Source of the DNA: Myxococcales bacterium
GTDB lineage: Bacteria > Myxococcota_A > Bradymonadia > REDH01
Reading direction: 5' to 3'
Assembly: GCA_947496715.1 (NCBI GenBank)
Contig: CANMDT010000001.1
Coordinates: 1,203-65,202, forward strand
Length of the DNA: 64,000 nt
Of this stretch, positions 32,004 to 41,450 are shown piece after piece. The translations under genes and the position numbers were made by a program. Within the stretch, counting starts at the first letter, position 1. Each line of letters opens with the position of its first letter. Under the pieces are notes generated by a model that worked only from the letters and a program-made list of their open reading frames with translations, searched no databases and was not told the DNA's origin.

Positions 32004-33524
32004 ATGCGCAGGCTCCTTCAGCACCCCCTCCTCCTCGCGGCCATGCTCAGCCTCTGCCTGGCTGGCTGCAGCAGCGACAAGAACGCCGCGGTCGGTAGCG
32101 ATACCGCCACCGACGGCTCCGCTGCGGCGGATAGCGGCTCCGGCGAAGGGAGCGGCTCCGGCGACACCGGCAGCAGCGGCAGCGCAGACGACACCACCGC
32201 AGACGCAGAGACCACGGCCCCCCTCTACGAGCGGCAATACCCGCTCACAGAGACCTTCCCCGCCCCCGCGGGCAAGGTCTGGCGCCGCTCCATCGTCCAC
32301 CTCCACTCCACCCACTCGCACGACGCCTGCGACGGCAACCCGCGGGTCGACGGCCAGTACAACTTTGCCTGCCTCGCCAGCCTGCGCGCAGCGCTCTGCA
32401 AGACCCGCATCGACGTCGCCAACCTCACCGACCACCCCGACCTCTTCGCCGAGACCCCCTGGCCCGATACGCTCCTCTTCGACCCCGCCACCGACGAGCT
32501 CGTGACCGACGCCGACGGACGCCGCTACAACCAGATGCGCTGCCCGGACGGCTTCGTCGTCACCATCACCGCCGGCATGGAGTCGGCACTCATGCCCATC
32601 CAGTTCCGCGGCCCCCTCTCCGAGGATGCGGAGCAGAACAAGACGCTGCTCAGCGGCAGCGACGGCGTCGCCATGACGCGCTTCCGCGACGCAGGCGCCC
32701 TCGCCTGGGTTGCCCACACCGAGTCCAAGACACTCGAAGAGCTCGATGACCTCAACGTCGGCGGTCTCGAGATCTACAACCTCCACGCCAACATCGACCC
32801 AAAAATCCGACCGCTCCTCGGCCTCGATCCCTTCGGCTTTGCAGGCTCCGTCTTCCCCTTCATCGGCGGCGGAACCCGCGCCAATGCCGACTTCGCCCTG
32901 CTCGGCTTTCTTGCCCCCAACCAGAACGCGCTCGACAAGTGGGCAACCGTCAACATGACCCGACTTGTCGTCGGTACAGGCGGCACCGACGCGCACGAGA
33001 ACACGCTCCCGCAGATTGCCACCGACGGTGAGCGCATGGACAGCTACCGCCGCATGATCGGCTGGTTTGCGAACTACGTTCTGGCGGAGGACGACTCCTT
33101 CGCCGCCTACCGCACCGCGCTCGCCACAGGCCGCAGCTTCGTAGGATTCGACACGCTCGGCAGCCCAGCCGGCTTTGATGCAGCCGCCTTCGACGCCGCA
33201 GGCAGCCGCTACGAGATGGGCTCCTCCTTCCTCCCGACGGAGGGCGCATACATCCAGGCAACGGTGCCGCAGATCAGCACGCCGGAAGGTGGCGACGCAG
33301 CAATCCGCACCCTCCTCTTCCGCTCGACAGGAACCACCTGGGAACAGGTCGGCGAGGCCGGCGTCGGCGAGGTCCGGTTCCCCATCAGCGAGCCCGGTAT
33401 CTACCGTGTCGAGGTCCGCATGACCCCCACGCACCTCCTCCCCTTCCTCGAGCGGCTCGGACGCCTCGCGAGCAACGAACTGCCCTGGATCTATGGCAAC
33501 CCGTTCCGGCTCGTCGCGCCCTAG
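32004..33524 (+). CDS. PHP-like (CehA/McbA-type) metallohydrolase lipoprotein
   Basis: Lipobox LAGC; HLHSTHSHD, LTDH, AH, EIYN, GGTDAH and C-terminal WIYGNP. Confidence 0.7.
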   Translation: MRRLLQHPLLLAAMLSLCLAGCSSDKNAAVGSDTATDGSAAADSGSGEGSGSGDTGSSGSADDTTADAETTAPLYERQYPLTETFPAPAGKVWRRSIVHLHSTHSHDACDGNPRVDGQYNFACLASLRAALCKTRIDVANLTDHPDLFAETPWPDTLLFDPATDELVTDADGRRYNQMRCPDGFVVTITAGMESALMPIQFRGPLSEDAEQNKTLLSGSDGVAMTRFRDAGALAWVAHTESKTLEELDDLNVGGLEIYNLHANIDPKIRPLLGLDPFGFAGSVFPFIGGGTRANADFALLGFLAPNQNALDKWATVNMTRLVVGTGGTDAHENTLPQIATDGERMDSYRRMIGWFANYVLAEDDSFAAYRTALATGRSFVGFDTLGSPAGFDAAAFDAAGSRYEMGSSFLPTEGAYIQATVPQISTPEGGDAAIRTLLFRSTGTTWEQVGEAGVGEVRFPISEPGIYRVEVRMTPTHLLPFLERLGRLASNELPWIYGNPFRLVAP

Positions 33525-33527
33525 CCC

Positions 33528-34598
33528 CTACGCGTCTTTGATGAACTCCACGATCTGACGCAGCTCGGGCTCCGCGCGCATCGCTGCATCTATGAGTCGT
33601 GGGTCGAAGGCGGAGCCGGCCTCCAGGCGGAGTTGCGACATTGCCTCCCCCCACGCCAGACGAGCGCGGTAACTCCGCGGCGCCGTCATCGCGTCCAGCG
33701 CATCGGCGATCGCTGCCACGCGGCCCTCCAGCGGAATCGCCTCTCCCTGCAATCCGTGCGGATAGCCCCCACCATCCCATCGCTCGTGGTGAGACCGCGC
33801 CATGCGCACCGCCGAGTCATCGGCGAGCGCACCGCCACGCGCGAGCAGCCTGGCCCCCGCCTCGCAGTGACCGCGCATCCGCGAGACCTCCTCCGCGGTC
33901 CAGACCCCAGCCTCCAACCGGAGCGCACCGACCATCTCGATCATCCCGATGTCGTGCCACGGTGAAGCTCTGCGAATCCCCTCAACCTCCGTCGGTGTGC
34001 AGCCTGCCGACGCAGCGATGGTGACAGCATACCGTGCGAACCGATCGCCATGCATCGAGCCGCTCTCCACGCCGCCCTCTATGCCACTGGCCACCGAGAG
34101 GGCATGCGCCTCGTAGACCGTCCGCTGCGACTCCATCGCGCTGGCCAGCAGCTCCTCCTTGTTGCGCGACGCAAACCACTGGCCCGTACCGGTCGCGCCG
34201 CCGCTCCGAAGCGCCGACCGCAGCCCGCGCATCTCCGACGACTTCCGCATCGCGATCTCCACCGTGCAGATGAGCAGAGAGGGCTCGAACGGTTTGATGA
34301 CCAAGCCGTGGATACCGCCGCGGACAAGCTGTTCCAGCACCTCCAGCTCGCTCTCCGCGGTCATCATCACTACGGGCGGCGCATCGAGATCGTCCCGCAG
34401 CGCAGCCACCAGCACATCGCCGTCTTGCCCCTTCATGCGCAGGTCGCTCACCACAACATCCAGCAGGCTCGATCCGATGAAGGCCAGCGCGCTCGCCACA
34501 TCGTTGCGAACCGTCACCGCGTGACCTCGACGCCGCAACAGCAGCGCCACAAGATCTGCAACCAGCGTGTCATTATCGACGACCAGTATTCTACCCAC
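33528..34598 (-). CDS. Response regulator with HD-GYP cyclic-dinucleotide phosphodiesterase domain (RpfG-like)
   Basis: REC (ILVVDND, SDLRM, KPF) plus HDIG, HHERWDGGGYP, IPLEGR and ADALDAMT..RSY; AAGGGAG RBS before GTG 34598. Confidence 0.85.
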   Translation of the reverse strand: MGRILVVDNDTLVADLVALLLRRRGHAVTVRNDVASALAFIGSSLLDVVVSDLRMKGQDGDVLVAALRDDLDAPPVVMMTAESELEVLEQLVRGGIHGLVIKPFEPSLLICTVEIAMRKSSEMRGLRSALRSGGATGTGQWFASRNKEELLASAMESQRTVYEAHALSVASGIEGGVESGSMHGDRFARYAVTIAASAGCTPTEVEGIRRASPWHDIGMIEMVGALRLEAGVWTAEEVSRMRGHCEAGARLLARGGALADDSAVRMARSHHERWDGGGYPHGLQGEAIPLEGRVAAIADALDAMTAPRSYRARLAWGEAMSQLRLEAGSAFDPRLIDAAMRAEPELRQIVEFIKDA

Positions 34599-34745
34599 GA
34601 CTGCCGCTCCCTTGCTTGCTCGACTGCCTCTCTCGCCTGACGACTCTACCACCAGTTTTCCGATCGGCAAAACGCGGAACGCGCTCGTTGACACCCGAGC
34701 TTTTTTGTCGCAAGTCGGGATCGTTACGATCTTGGGAGCCTCTTC

Positions 34746-35966
34746 ATGCTCGACACCACCTCACTCCACGCATCGATGCGGGATCTCGGTCTCGAACCGG
34801 TGATCTGCCGCCGCGTGCTGATCGTGGACGACGAACCGGCACTCGTCGAGACCCTCGAAGGGCTCCTCGAGGACCACTTCGACGTCATCACCGCCTCCGG
34901 CGGGCGAGACGCACTCCGCCAGCTCGAGGCCGGCGATATCGTCGACGTGATCGTCACAGACCAGCGCATGCCCGGCATGCTCGGTGTCGACTTCCTCGAA
35001 GAGGCCTCTAAGCGGCTCCCCGACACCATCCGCATGGTCGTCACCGCCTACGCCGACGTCGAGCCCATCATCGACGCCATCAACCGCGGAGCCGCCTACC
35101 GCTTTCTCTCCAAGCCCTACAACGCCGATGAGCTCCGCGCCGCCATCTCAGAGGGCATGCAGCTCAAAGCGGCGCGCACCTCGCTCGGCCACCTCATGGC
35201 CGCCCTCGAGACCCGCCGCAACGACATCGAAACCGCGCTCGATGAGCTCCGCGCCGCCCAAGACCAGCTCGTCGCCGCAGAGCGGCTCACCACCTTGGGC
35301 AAGATGACCGCCGGCATCGCGCACGACATCCGCAACCAGCTCGCGGGCATGCGTGTCATGCTCTCGCTGCTGCAAGGCTCCGGCGCAGAGTCTTTCCTCC
35401 ACGAACCCACCAAGCGAGCCGTCGCCTCGCTCGACCACCTCTCCAGACTCGTCAACGAGGCACAGGAATTCGCCAGGGCCGACAGTGGCGCGCTGCAGCG
35501 CCTCCGCGTCGACCCACGCGAACTCATCGCAGACACGCTCGTCCTCTGGCGCGCCGAAAACACCGCCGCCACGGAGCTGGAGGTCGAACTCGACGACAGC
35601 CTTACCTGGCTCACCGTCGATCCACTGCGCGTCACCCAGGGCCTCCTCGTCCTGCTCCGCAACGCAGCGCGCGCCAATCGCGACGATGCCACCGTCGCCC
35701 TCCGTGTTGCCCGCAGCGGGGCCGCGCGTCACGGCGTCCTCTTCTCCGTCATCGACCGCGGCGACGGTATGGACGCAGATACCCTGGCACGCGCCTCCGA
35801 GCCCTTCTTCTCAGCCTTCGACCCGCCATCGCTCGGGCTCGGACTCGAGGTCGCACGACTCGTCGCCACCTCGCATGCCGGCAGCCTCGAAATCACCTCA
35901 TCGCCAGGCCTCGGTACCACCGCCTCGCTCCTGCTCGCCGATGCCGACGGAGGCACACATGGCTAG
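34746..35966 (+). CDS. REC-histidine kinase hybrid (PhcR-like architecture)
   Basis: LIVDDE, TDQRMPG, KP; H-box GIAHDIRNQL; DRGDGMD, PFFS and LGLGL. Confidence 0.85.
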   Translation: MLDTTSLHASMRDLGLEPVICRRVLIVDDEPALVETLEGLLEDHFDVITASGGRDALRQLEAGDIVDVIVTDQRMPGMLGVDFLEEASKRLPDTIRMVVTAYADVEPIIDAINRGAAYRFLSKPYNADELRAAISEGMQLKAARTSLGHLMAALETRRNDIETALDELRAAQDQLVAAERLTTLGKMTAGIAHDIRNQLAGMRVMLSLLQGSGAESFLHEPTKRAVASLDHLSRLVNEAQEFARADSGALQRLRVDPRELIADTLVLWRAENTAATELEVELDDSLTWLTVDPLRVTQGLLVLLRNAARANRDDATVALRVARSGAARHGVLFSVIDRGDGMDADTLARASEPFFSAFDPPSLGLGLEVARLVATSHAGSLEITSSPGLGTTASLLLADADGGTHG

Positions 35967-37134
35967 CAGCTTCGCGTCGCAGTCCGGCCTGCTCGACCGC
36001 TTCCGCGCACCGCTCCGCGTCTGGGTATCACGCGCCCTCTCCGCCCACCTCCCCTCCCTTTCTGCAGCGCTGGGCGACGATGCCGAGGTACACGCGCTGG
36101 TCGATGGCGCGCTGCCGCCCAGCATGGGTCCCGCCGTCCTCCTCGCCGCACCCTCCGACCTCGCCCCCTCCAACGAGCCGGTCCTGCGCGAGCTCGTTCA
36201 GGCCGCCGAGCCCGGACGCCTCGTGCTCTACGGCGGCGAGCAAGACAGAGCCGTCCTCCTCACCGCCATCAACCACTGGCGCGTCTTCCGGCTCATCCCC
36301 TCCATCACAGGGCTCCCGGCCGTCGTCGACGCCATCCAGAAGGCCCACGAGACCACCGAAATGGAGCTCGCGCTCGATTTCGGCATCCGCGACCTCGCCC
36401 AGCAGAACGAACACCTCGGACGCACCCTCGAGCGCCTGCAGCGCACCCGCGGGCAGCTCCTCCACGCAGAGCGGCTCACCACCCTCGGCCGGCTCACCAC
36501 CGGCCTCGGCCAGGCCCTCGACTCCCACCGCGTCGCCACCGACGATCTCTCTGCTGCCAGCAAGCGCATCACGCTCGACGCCGAACTCCTCGATGTCGTC
36601 GAGCGAACCCTCGAAGGCGGTCGCGCACTCGATTCGCTCCTCAGCGATCTCCTCTACTTCGCCGAAAACCGCGAGCGCCCCCTCCACCTCGCACACCACG
36701 ACGCAGACGCCATCGCCGCTGCCGCGCTCAGGCTTGCCGAGGTCGACCCCGTCTCGCGCAAGCGAAACATCTCCATCTCGCTCCGTTCCGGCAGCTTCGT
36801 CTGCGTTGACCGATACGCCATCTACCAGGTCCTCATCAACCTCCTCCGCAACGCCATGCAGGCGACCGAGGACGGCGGCACCATCGAACTCAACGCTCGC
36901 CTCATCGACGGCGAAGTTGTCTTCGAGGTTATCGACAACGGCACTGGTATGTCGCCCGACACCCAGGCCCGCCTCTTCGAACCCTTCTTCACCACCAAAG
37001 GCCGTGACGGACTGGGGCTCGGACTCCGCGTCTCGCGCCTCACAGTCGAGCGCCACGGCGGACGCATGGAGTGCCAGTCCACCCCCGGAACTGGCTCCAC
37101 CTTCCGCCTCTTCCTGCCCATCAGCGCCCACTGA
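35959..37134 (+). CDS. Histidine-kinase-like protein lacking the phospho-His, with degenerate REC N-terminus
   Basis: AERLTTLGRLTTGLGQAL (H-box His replaced by Gln); intact NLLRNA, DNGTGM, PFFTTK and GLGLGL; ATG 35959 overlaps the upstream gene. Confidence 0.75.
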   Translation: MASSFASQSGLLDRFRAPLRVWVSRALSAHLPSLSAALGDDAEVHALVDGALPPSMGPAVLLAAPSDLAPSNEPVLRELVQAAEPGRLVLYGGEQDRAVLLTAINHWRVFRLIPSITGLPAVVDAIQKAHETTEMELALDFGIRDLAQQNEHLGRTLERLQRTRGQLLHAERLTTLGRLTTGLGQALDSHRVATDDLSAASKRITLDAELLDVVERTLEGGRALDSLLSDLLYFAENRERPLHLAHHDADAIAAAALRLAEVDPVSRKRNISISLRSGSFVCVDRYAIYQVLINLLRNAMQATEDGGTIELNARLIDGEVVFEVIDNGTGMSPDTQARLFEPFFTTKGRDGLGLGLRVSRLTVERHGGRMECQSTPGTGSTFRLFLPISAH

Positions 37135-37221
37135 CCAGCGGCCCGCGCCGAACGGTCAAAACTTGGGTTCCTCTGTCCGCATCGCCTAGTCTGCTGACTC
37201 TCACACGCAAGGGGTCTGCAG

Positions 37222-38694
37222 ATGTCCAAGAAGAAGCAATACGACGACCTCTACGGTGGCGTTGGCCGAGCGATGAACTTTCGCGCCAAGCGCGTCCTCG
37301 CCCGAGAGGTAGCCGATCTGGACGGCTTCGACCTCACCGTCGACGGCAAGCCCGCACAGGTCCACGACCTCGCCATGAGCGGTCTCTCCTTTCACACGCC
37401 GCCCGCCGACTCCTCGGCCGTCGGAGATGCCGTCGAACTCCGCGTCTGCTTCGCCGAACAGGTCATCTTCGAGGGCGCTGCACGCGTCGCACGCATCGAA
37501 GACCTCGGCCGCAGCCGGCGCATCGCCGTTCAGCTCCTCACAGGCTTCCTCGACCTGCCGGCCATCCGCCGGGCCGACGAAGATCGCACCCTCCAACTGC
37601 GGCTCGGCACCGGCGCAGACAAGGTCCGAGACAAGGTCCCTGCCGACTTCCGCGAGGTCAACGAGCACGCCGCTTTTTTCCTTGCCCACCACCGCCGCCT
37701 CCTCGACGAGACCGAAAACCGCTACCGCGAGCAGGGTGCCAACGGTCGCGAACTCATCGACAGGCTCGTCCAGCAGGCCTCCGATGCCATGCGACCCGAG
37801 TGGCTCGCCATCTCGAGCCGCGCCGGCGAGATCGCCCGCCCCTACCTTGAAGACACTGAGACCCGCGCCGCGATGAAGGCCTATGTAGAGACCCTCATCA
37901 CTTCGCAGCTCCTCGATGTTCCCATCGTCTCTCGCGCCTATACCAAGCCCCTCGGCTACGCTGGCGACTACCAGGTAATGAACCTCATCTTCCGCAACGC
38001 CTACGAAGGCCGCACGGTCTTCTCACGCGTGATCAACAAGCTCTTCGTCGAGGAGTCCATCGCCGAAGGCGCCCGCGCGAGGCTCGAACTTCTCAAGAAA
38101 ATCTATGCCGACGAGCTCGACCGGCGAACCGCCCTCGGAGCCACCGAGCCCTTCCGGATCATGAGCCTCGGCTGCGGCCCCGCCAAAGAGGTCTCCGACT
38201 TCGCCGACGGCCCCGATGCCTGGCCAACCCCCATCCACTGGACCCTCCTCGACCAGGACGAGCAGGTGCTCTCGCTCGCCTACAGCGAGTCCTTCAAGCG
38301 ACTCACCGCACGCCGTGATGGAAGCTCCGTCCGCTGCCTCTACATGTCCTTCCAGCAGCTCATCGCAGACCCCGAAGGCTCGTTCACCGAAGAGTCCCAC
38401 GACCTCGTCTACGCCTCCGGGCTCTACGACTACCTCCGCCAAAACCGGGCGAGGGAGCTCACCCGTGCCCTCTACGACAAGACCTCTCCTGGCGGTCTCT
38501 GCATCATCGCCAATGGAGCCGCCCCCTCCAAGTCGCTCTGGCCCACAGAGTTCATCCTCGACTGGACACTCATCTACCGCACCGAGGCAGAGATGCGCGA
38601 CATCGCCGCAGCACTCCCCGCTGATGCAGAGGTCGAGTTCACTGCGGAGCGCGAAGGCGCCTTCTCCTTCCTCATCGCCCGCAAGCCTGGCTAG
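37222..38694 (+). CDS. PhcB-like SAM-dependent methyltransferase with PilZ-like N-terminal domain (putative signal synthase)
   Basis: KPLGYAGDY motif, SLGCGPAKE, LLDQDE and YASGLYDYL; N-terminal RVLAR and DLAMSG resemble PilZ motifs. Confidence 0.7.
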   Translation: MSKKKQYDDLYGGVGRAMNFRAKRVLAREVADLDGFDLTVDGKPAQVHDLAMSGLSFHTPPADSSAVGDAVELRVCFAEQVIFEGAARVARIEDLGRSRRIAVQLLTGFLDLPAIRRADEDRTLQLRLGTGADKVRDKVPADFREVNEHAAFFLAHHRRLLDETENRYREQGANGRELIDRLVQQASDAMRPEWLAISSRAGEIARPYLEDTETRAAMKAYVETLITSQLLDVPIVSRAYTKPLGYAGDYQVMNLIFRNAYEGRTVFSRVINKLFVEESIAEGARARLELLKKIYADELDRRTALGATEPFRIMSLGCGPAKEVSDFADGPDAWPTPIHWTLLDQDEQVLSLAYSESFKRLTARRDGSSVRCLYMSFQQLIADPEGSFTEESHDLVYASGLYDYLRQNRARELTRALYDKTSPGGLCIIANGAAPSKSLWPTEFILDWTLIYRTEAEMRDIAAALPADAEVEFTAEREGAFSFLIARKPG

Positions 38695-38697
38695 CCC

Positions 38698-41388
38698 ATG
38701 CCGCAAGCCACCGCCTCCTACCTCGTCGTCCCTGCCCTCGCGGACGCACCCCTCAGTCTCACCGACGAGGAGCAGGAGGAGTTTCGGCGTCAATCACGGG
38801 GCATCACCAAGGCTGCACTCCAGACCGAGGCCTGGCTCGCCTTCTTCCTCATTCCCTGCTTTGGCATCCTCGATTGGGTCGTGCTGCCCGACTACTTCGG
38901 CACCTTCATGCTGCTCAGGCTCGCAGCAAGCCTCGTCTCACTCGCCACCGCCATCGCATGCCGGTCGCAGAGCGACTTCGTGCTCCGACACATCGAAACC
39001 ATCTCCATCGCCTTCCACGTGAGCATCACCTCCGCCATCGCCACCATGTGCTGGTTCGATGGCGGACTCGACTCGCCCTATTACGCTGGAATGGTCCTCG
39101 TCTACCTCGGCTTCGGCCACTTCCAGCTCATGCCGCTGGCCAAGGCCGTTCTTGTCCCGGTCCTCAGCTACATCATCTACATTGCACCCGCACTCTCGGG
39201 AACGACCCACATCGCTTCGCCCGCCTCGGCCATCAACAACCAGTTCTTCCTCGTCTCCTTCGGCTTCGTAACCGTCGTCTCCTGCAACCAGAAACTCCGA
39301 CTCCAGATGCGGCAGTTCCTGACCAACCGCAGCCTCGACCTCGCACGCACCGAGGCCGAGCGCGCCAACGAGAAGCTCAAGCAGCTCGACAGGATGAAGT
39401 CCCAGTTCTTCGCCAACATCACCCACGAGCTACGTACCCCGCTCACCATGATCCTCGCACCCGTCGAGTCAGCGAACGACGGCGCGCGCGGCGTTGTCCC
39501 CGCCCACCTCGCACCCACGCTCAAGGATGTCTGGCGCAACGGACTCAAGCTCCTCAAACTCATCAACGACCTCCTCGACTTCTCCAAACTCGAAGAGGGC
39601 TTCGCACGCCTCCGCATCGACGAAACAGACCTCCCCGTCTTCGTCCGACAGATCACCGGCTACGCAGCAGACATGGCCGCCAGAAAGGAGATCACCCTCT
39701 CCTTCAACATCGCAGCGGACCCCGGCACGATGCACCTCGACCATGAGAAGCTCGAGCGAATCGTCGTCAACCTCGTAGACAACGCCCTCAAGTTCACCCC
39801 CATCGCGGGCTCCGTCGAAGTCACCATCGACTGCTCTCCCACCCACGCCTTTGTCCGCGTCAAAGACAACGGCATCGGCATCGCACCCGAAGCACTCGAC
39901 CGCGTCTTCGAGCGCTTCACACAGGCGGACGGCTCCATCCATCGCCAGTTCGGTGGCACGGGAATCGGACTCGCCTTCGCCCGTGAACTCGCCCGCCTCC
40001 ACGGCGGAGACATCTCCGTTACGAGCGAACCTGGCCACGGCTCCGTCTTCACACTCAGCCTCCGGCGCGGGCGTGACCACTACGACCCCAATCTCATGGA
40101 CCGGCGCAAAAATGCCGCCCCTGCCGGAGCAGCCATCCGCGGCGACGACGCCGGACCCGCAGAGTGGGCACGCCACCTCACCGAGCGTTTCGACTACAAG
40201 TTCCAAGGCATCGACGAGGCCACCGAACGCCGTGCCGTCCCCCGCTCCGACGACGAAGGAAAAACCAGCAAGGTCCTCATCGTCGAAGACAACCCCGACA
40301 TCCTGCGACTCCTTAACCTCGAACTCTCCGTCGAGCACTCCGTCTACGTCGCCAAGGATGGGCGCCAGGGCATCGAACTCGCACTTCGCGAACAGCCTGA
40401 TGTCATCCTCACAGACTTCATGATGCCCGAGGTTGACGGACTCACCCTCATCCGAACCCTGCGCGCCGAGAGCCGCACCGCAGACATCCCCATCATCATG
40501 CTCACCGCCAAAGGCGATGTAGAAGACCGCCTCGCAGCCGCAGAGGCCGGCGCAGACCTCTACCTCTCAAAGCCCTTCAGCACCCGTGAAGTCCGCGCCG
40601 CCGTCAACGCCCAGCTCAAGCGCCGCGGACGCCAGGTCGGCAACATCATCCGCGCACAGGTTCAGAGCCTCGAGCTCATCTCGGCCAGCCTCGCGCACGA
40701 GATCCACAACCCGCTCGCCTACATCAAAAACGCCAACACCATCGTCACCGAAAACATCGAAAAACTGCTGCGCATCATCGCAGATCCGGCCCTCTCCGAC
40801 GAAGAGAAAACCAAGCGTATCGAAGCAATCCGAAACAGGCTCGGCCGCTCCACCACCATCGCCGATCAGGGCGTCGAACGCATCTCCCAGATCGTCGACC
40901 TCGTCCGCCGCTACGCACGCGCCGGCTACAGCCCCGACCCCATCTCCTTCTCCATCGACGACTCCCTCCAAGACGTCCTCAGGCTCATCCACAGGCCGCA
41001 CGACAGCGTCCTACTCCACGCCGAGCTCGAAGCCGGCGATGCACTCATCCGCGTCCGACCCGAAGAGCTCCATCTCGTCTGCCGCAACCTCATCCAGAAC
41101 GCCGTCGAAGCCATCGGCGAACGGGGCGACGTCTGGATTGTCGCCAAACGCGAAAATGACGACATCACCATTGCCATCCGCGACAACGGACCCGGCATCA
41201 ACCGCGAGCACATGGCCCGCATCTTCACCCCCTTCTTCTCCACCAAGGAGACGGGCAAGGGCATGGGAATCGGCCTCTCCATCGCCTTCCAGATCGTCAA
41301 CAATGCCGGCGGCTCCATCGAGGTCGCCAGCACCCTCGGAGAGGGAGCCACCTTCACCGTACGCATCCCGCTGATCCGTCACGCCTAG
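38698..41388 (+). CDS. Membrane sensor hybrid kinase: about 6 TM-HisKA-HATPase-REC-HisKA-HATPase
   Basis: Hydrophobic N-terminus; HELRTPL, GGTGIGL; REC VEDN..TDFMMP..KPF; second H-box AHEIHNPL and GMGIGL. Confidence 0.88.
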   Translation: MPQATASYLVVPALADAPLSLTDEEQEEFRRQSRGITKAALQTEAWLAFFLIPCFGILDWVVLPDYFGTFMLLRLAASLVSLATAIACRSQSDFVLRHIETISIAFHVSITSAIATMCWFDGGLDSPYYAGMVLVYLGFGHFQLMPLAKAVLVPVLSYIIYIAPALSGTTHIASPASAINNQFFLVSFGFVTVVSCNQKLRLQMRQFLTNRSLDLARTEAERANEKLKQLDRMKSQFFANITHELRTPLTMILAPVESANDGARGVVPAHLAPTLKDVWRNGLKLLKLINDLLDFSKLEEGFARLRIDETDLPVFVRQITGYAADMAARKEITLSFNIAADPGTMHLDHEKLERIVVNLVDNALKFTPIAGSVEVTIDCSPTHAFVRVKDNGIGIAPEALDRVFERFTQADGSIHRQFGGTGIGLAFARELARLHGGDISVTSEPGHGSVFTLSLRRGRDHYDPNLMDRRKNAAPAGAAIRGDDAGPAEWARHLTERFDYKFQGIDEATERRAVPRSDDEGKTSKVLIVEDNPDILRLLNLELSVEHSVYVAKDGRQGIELALREQPDVILTDFMMPEVDGLTLIRTLRAESRTADIPIIMLTAKGDVEDRLAAAEAGADLYLSKPFSTREVRAAVNAQLKRRGRQVGNIIRAQVQSLELISASLAHEIHNPLAYIKNANTIVTENIEKLLRIIADPALSDEEKTKRIEAIRNRLGRSTTIADQGVERISQIVDLVRRYARAGYSPDPISFSIDDSLQDVLRLIHRPHDSVLLHAELEAGDALIRVRPEELHLVCRNLIQNAVEAIGERGDVWIVAKRENDDITIAIRDNGPGINREHMARIFTPFFSTKETGKGMGIGLSIAFQIVNNAGGSIEVASTLGEGATFTVRIPLIRHA

Positions 41389-41450
41389 TTCGCTCTTGGC
41401 CTCACCGCGCCGAGTCTGGTAGCCCGCATGCGCTTCATCCTGAGGATTTC

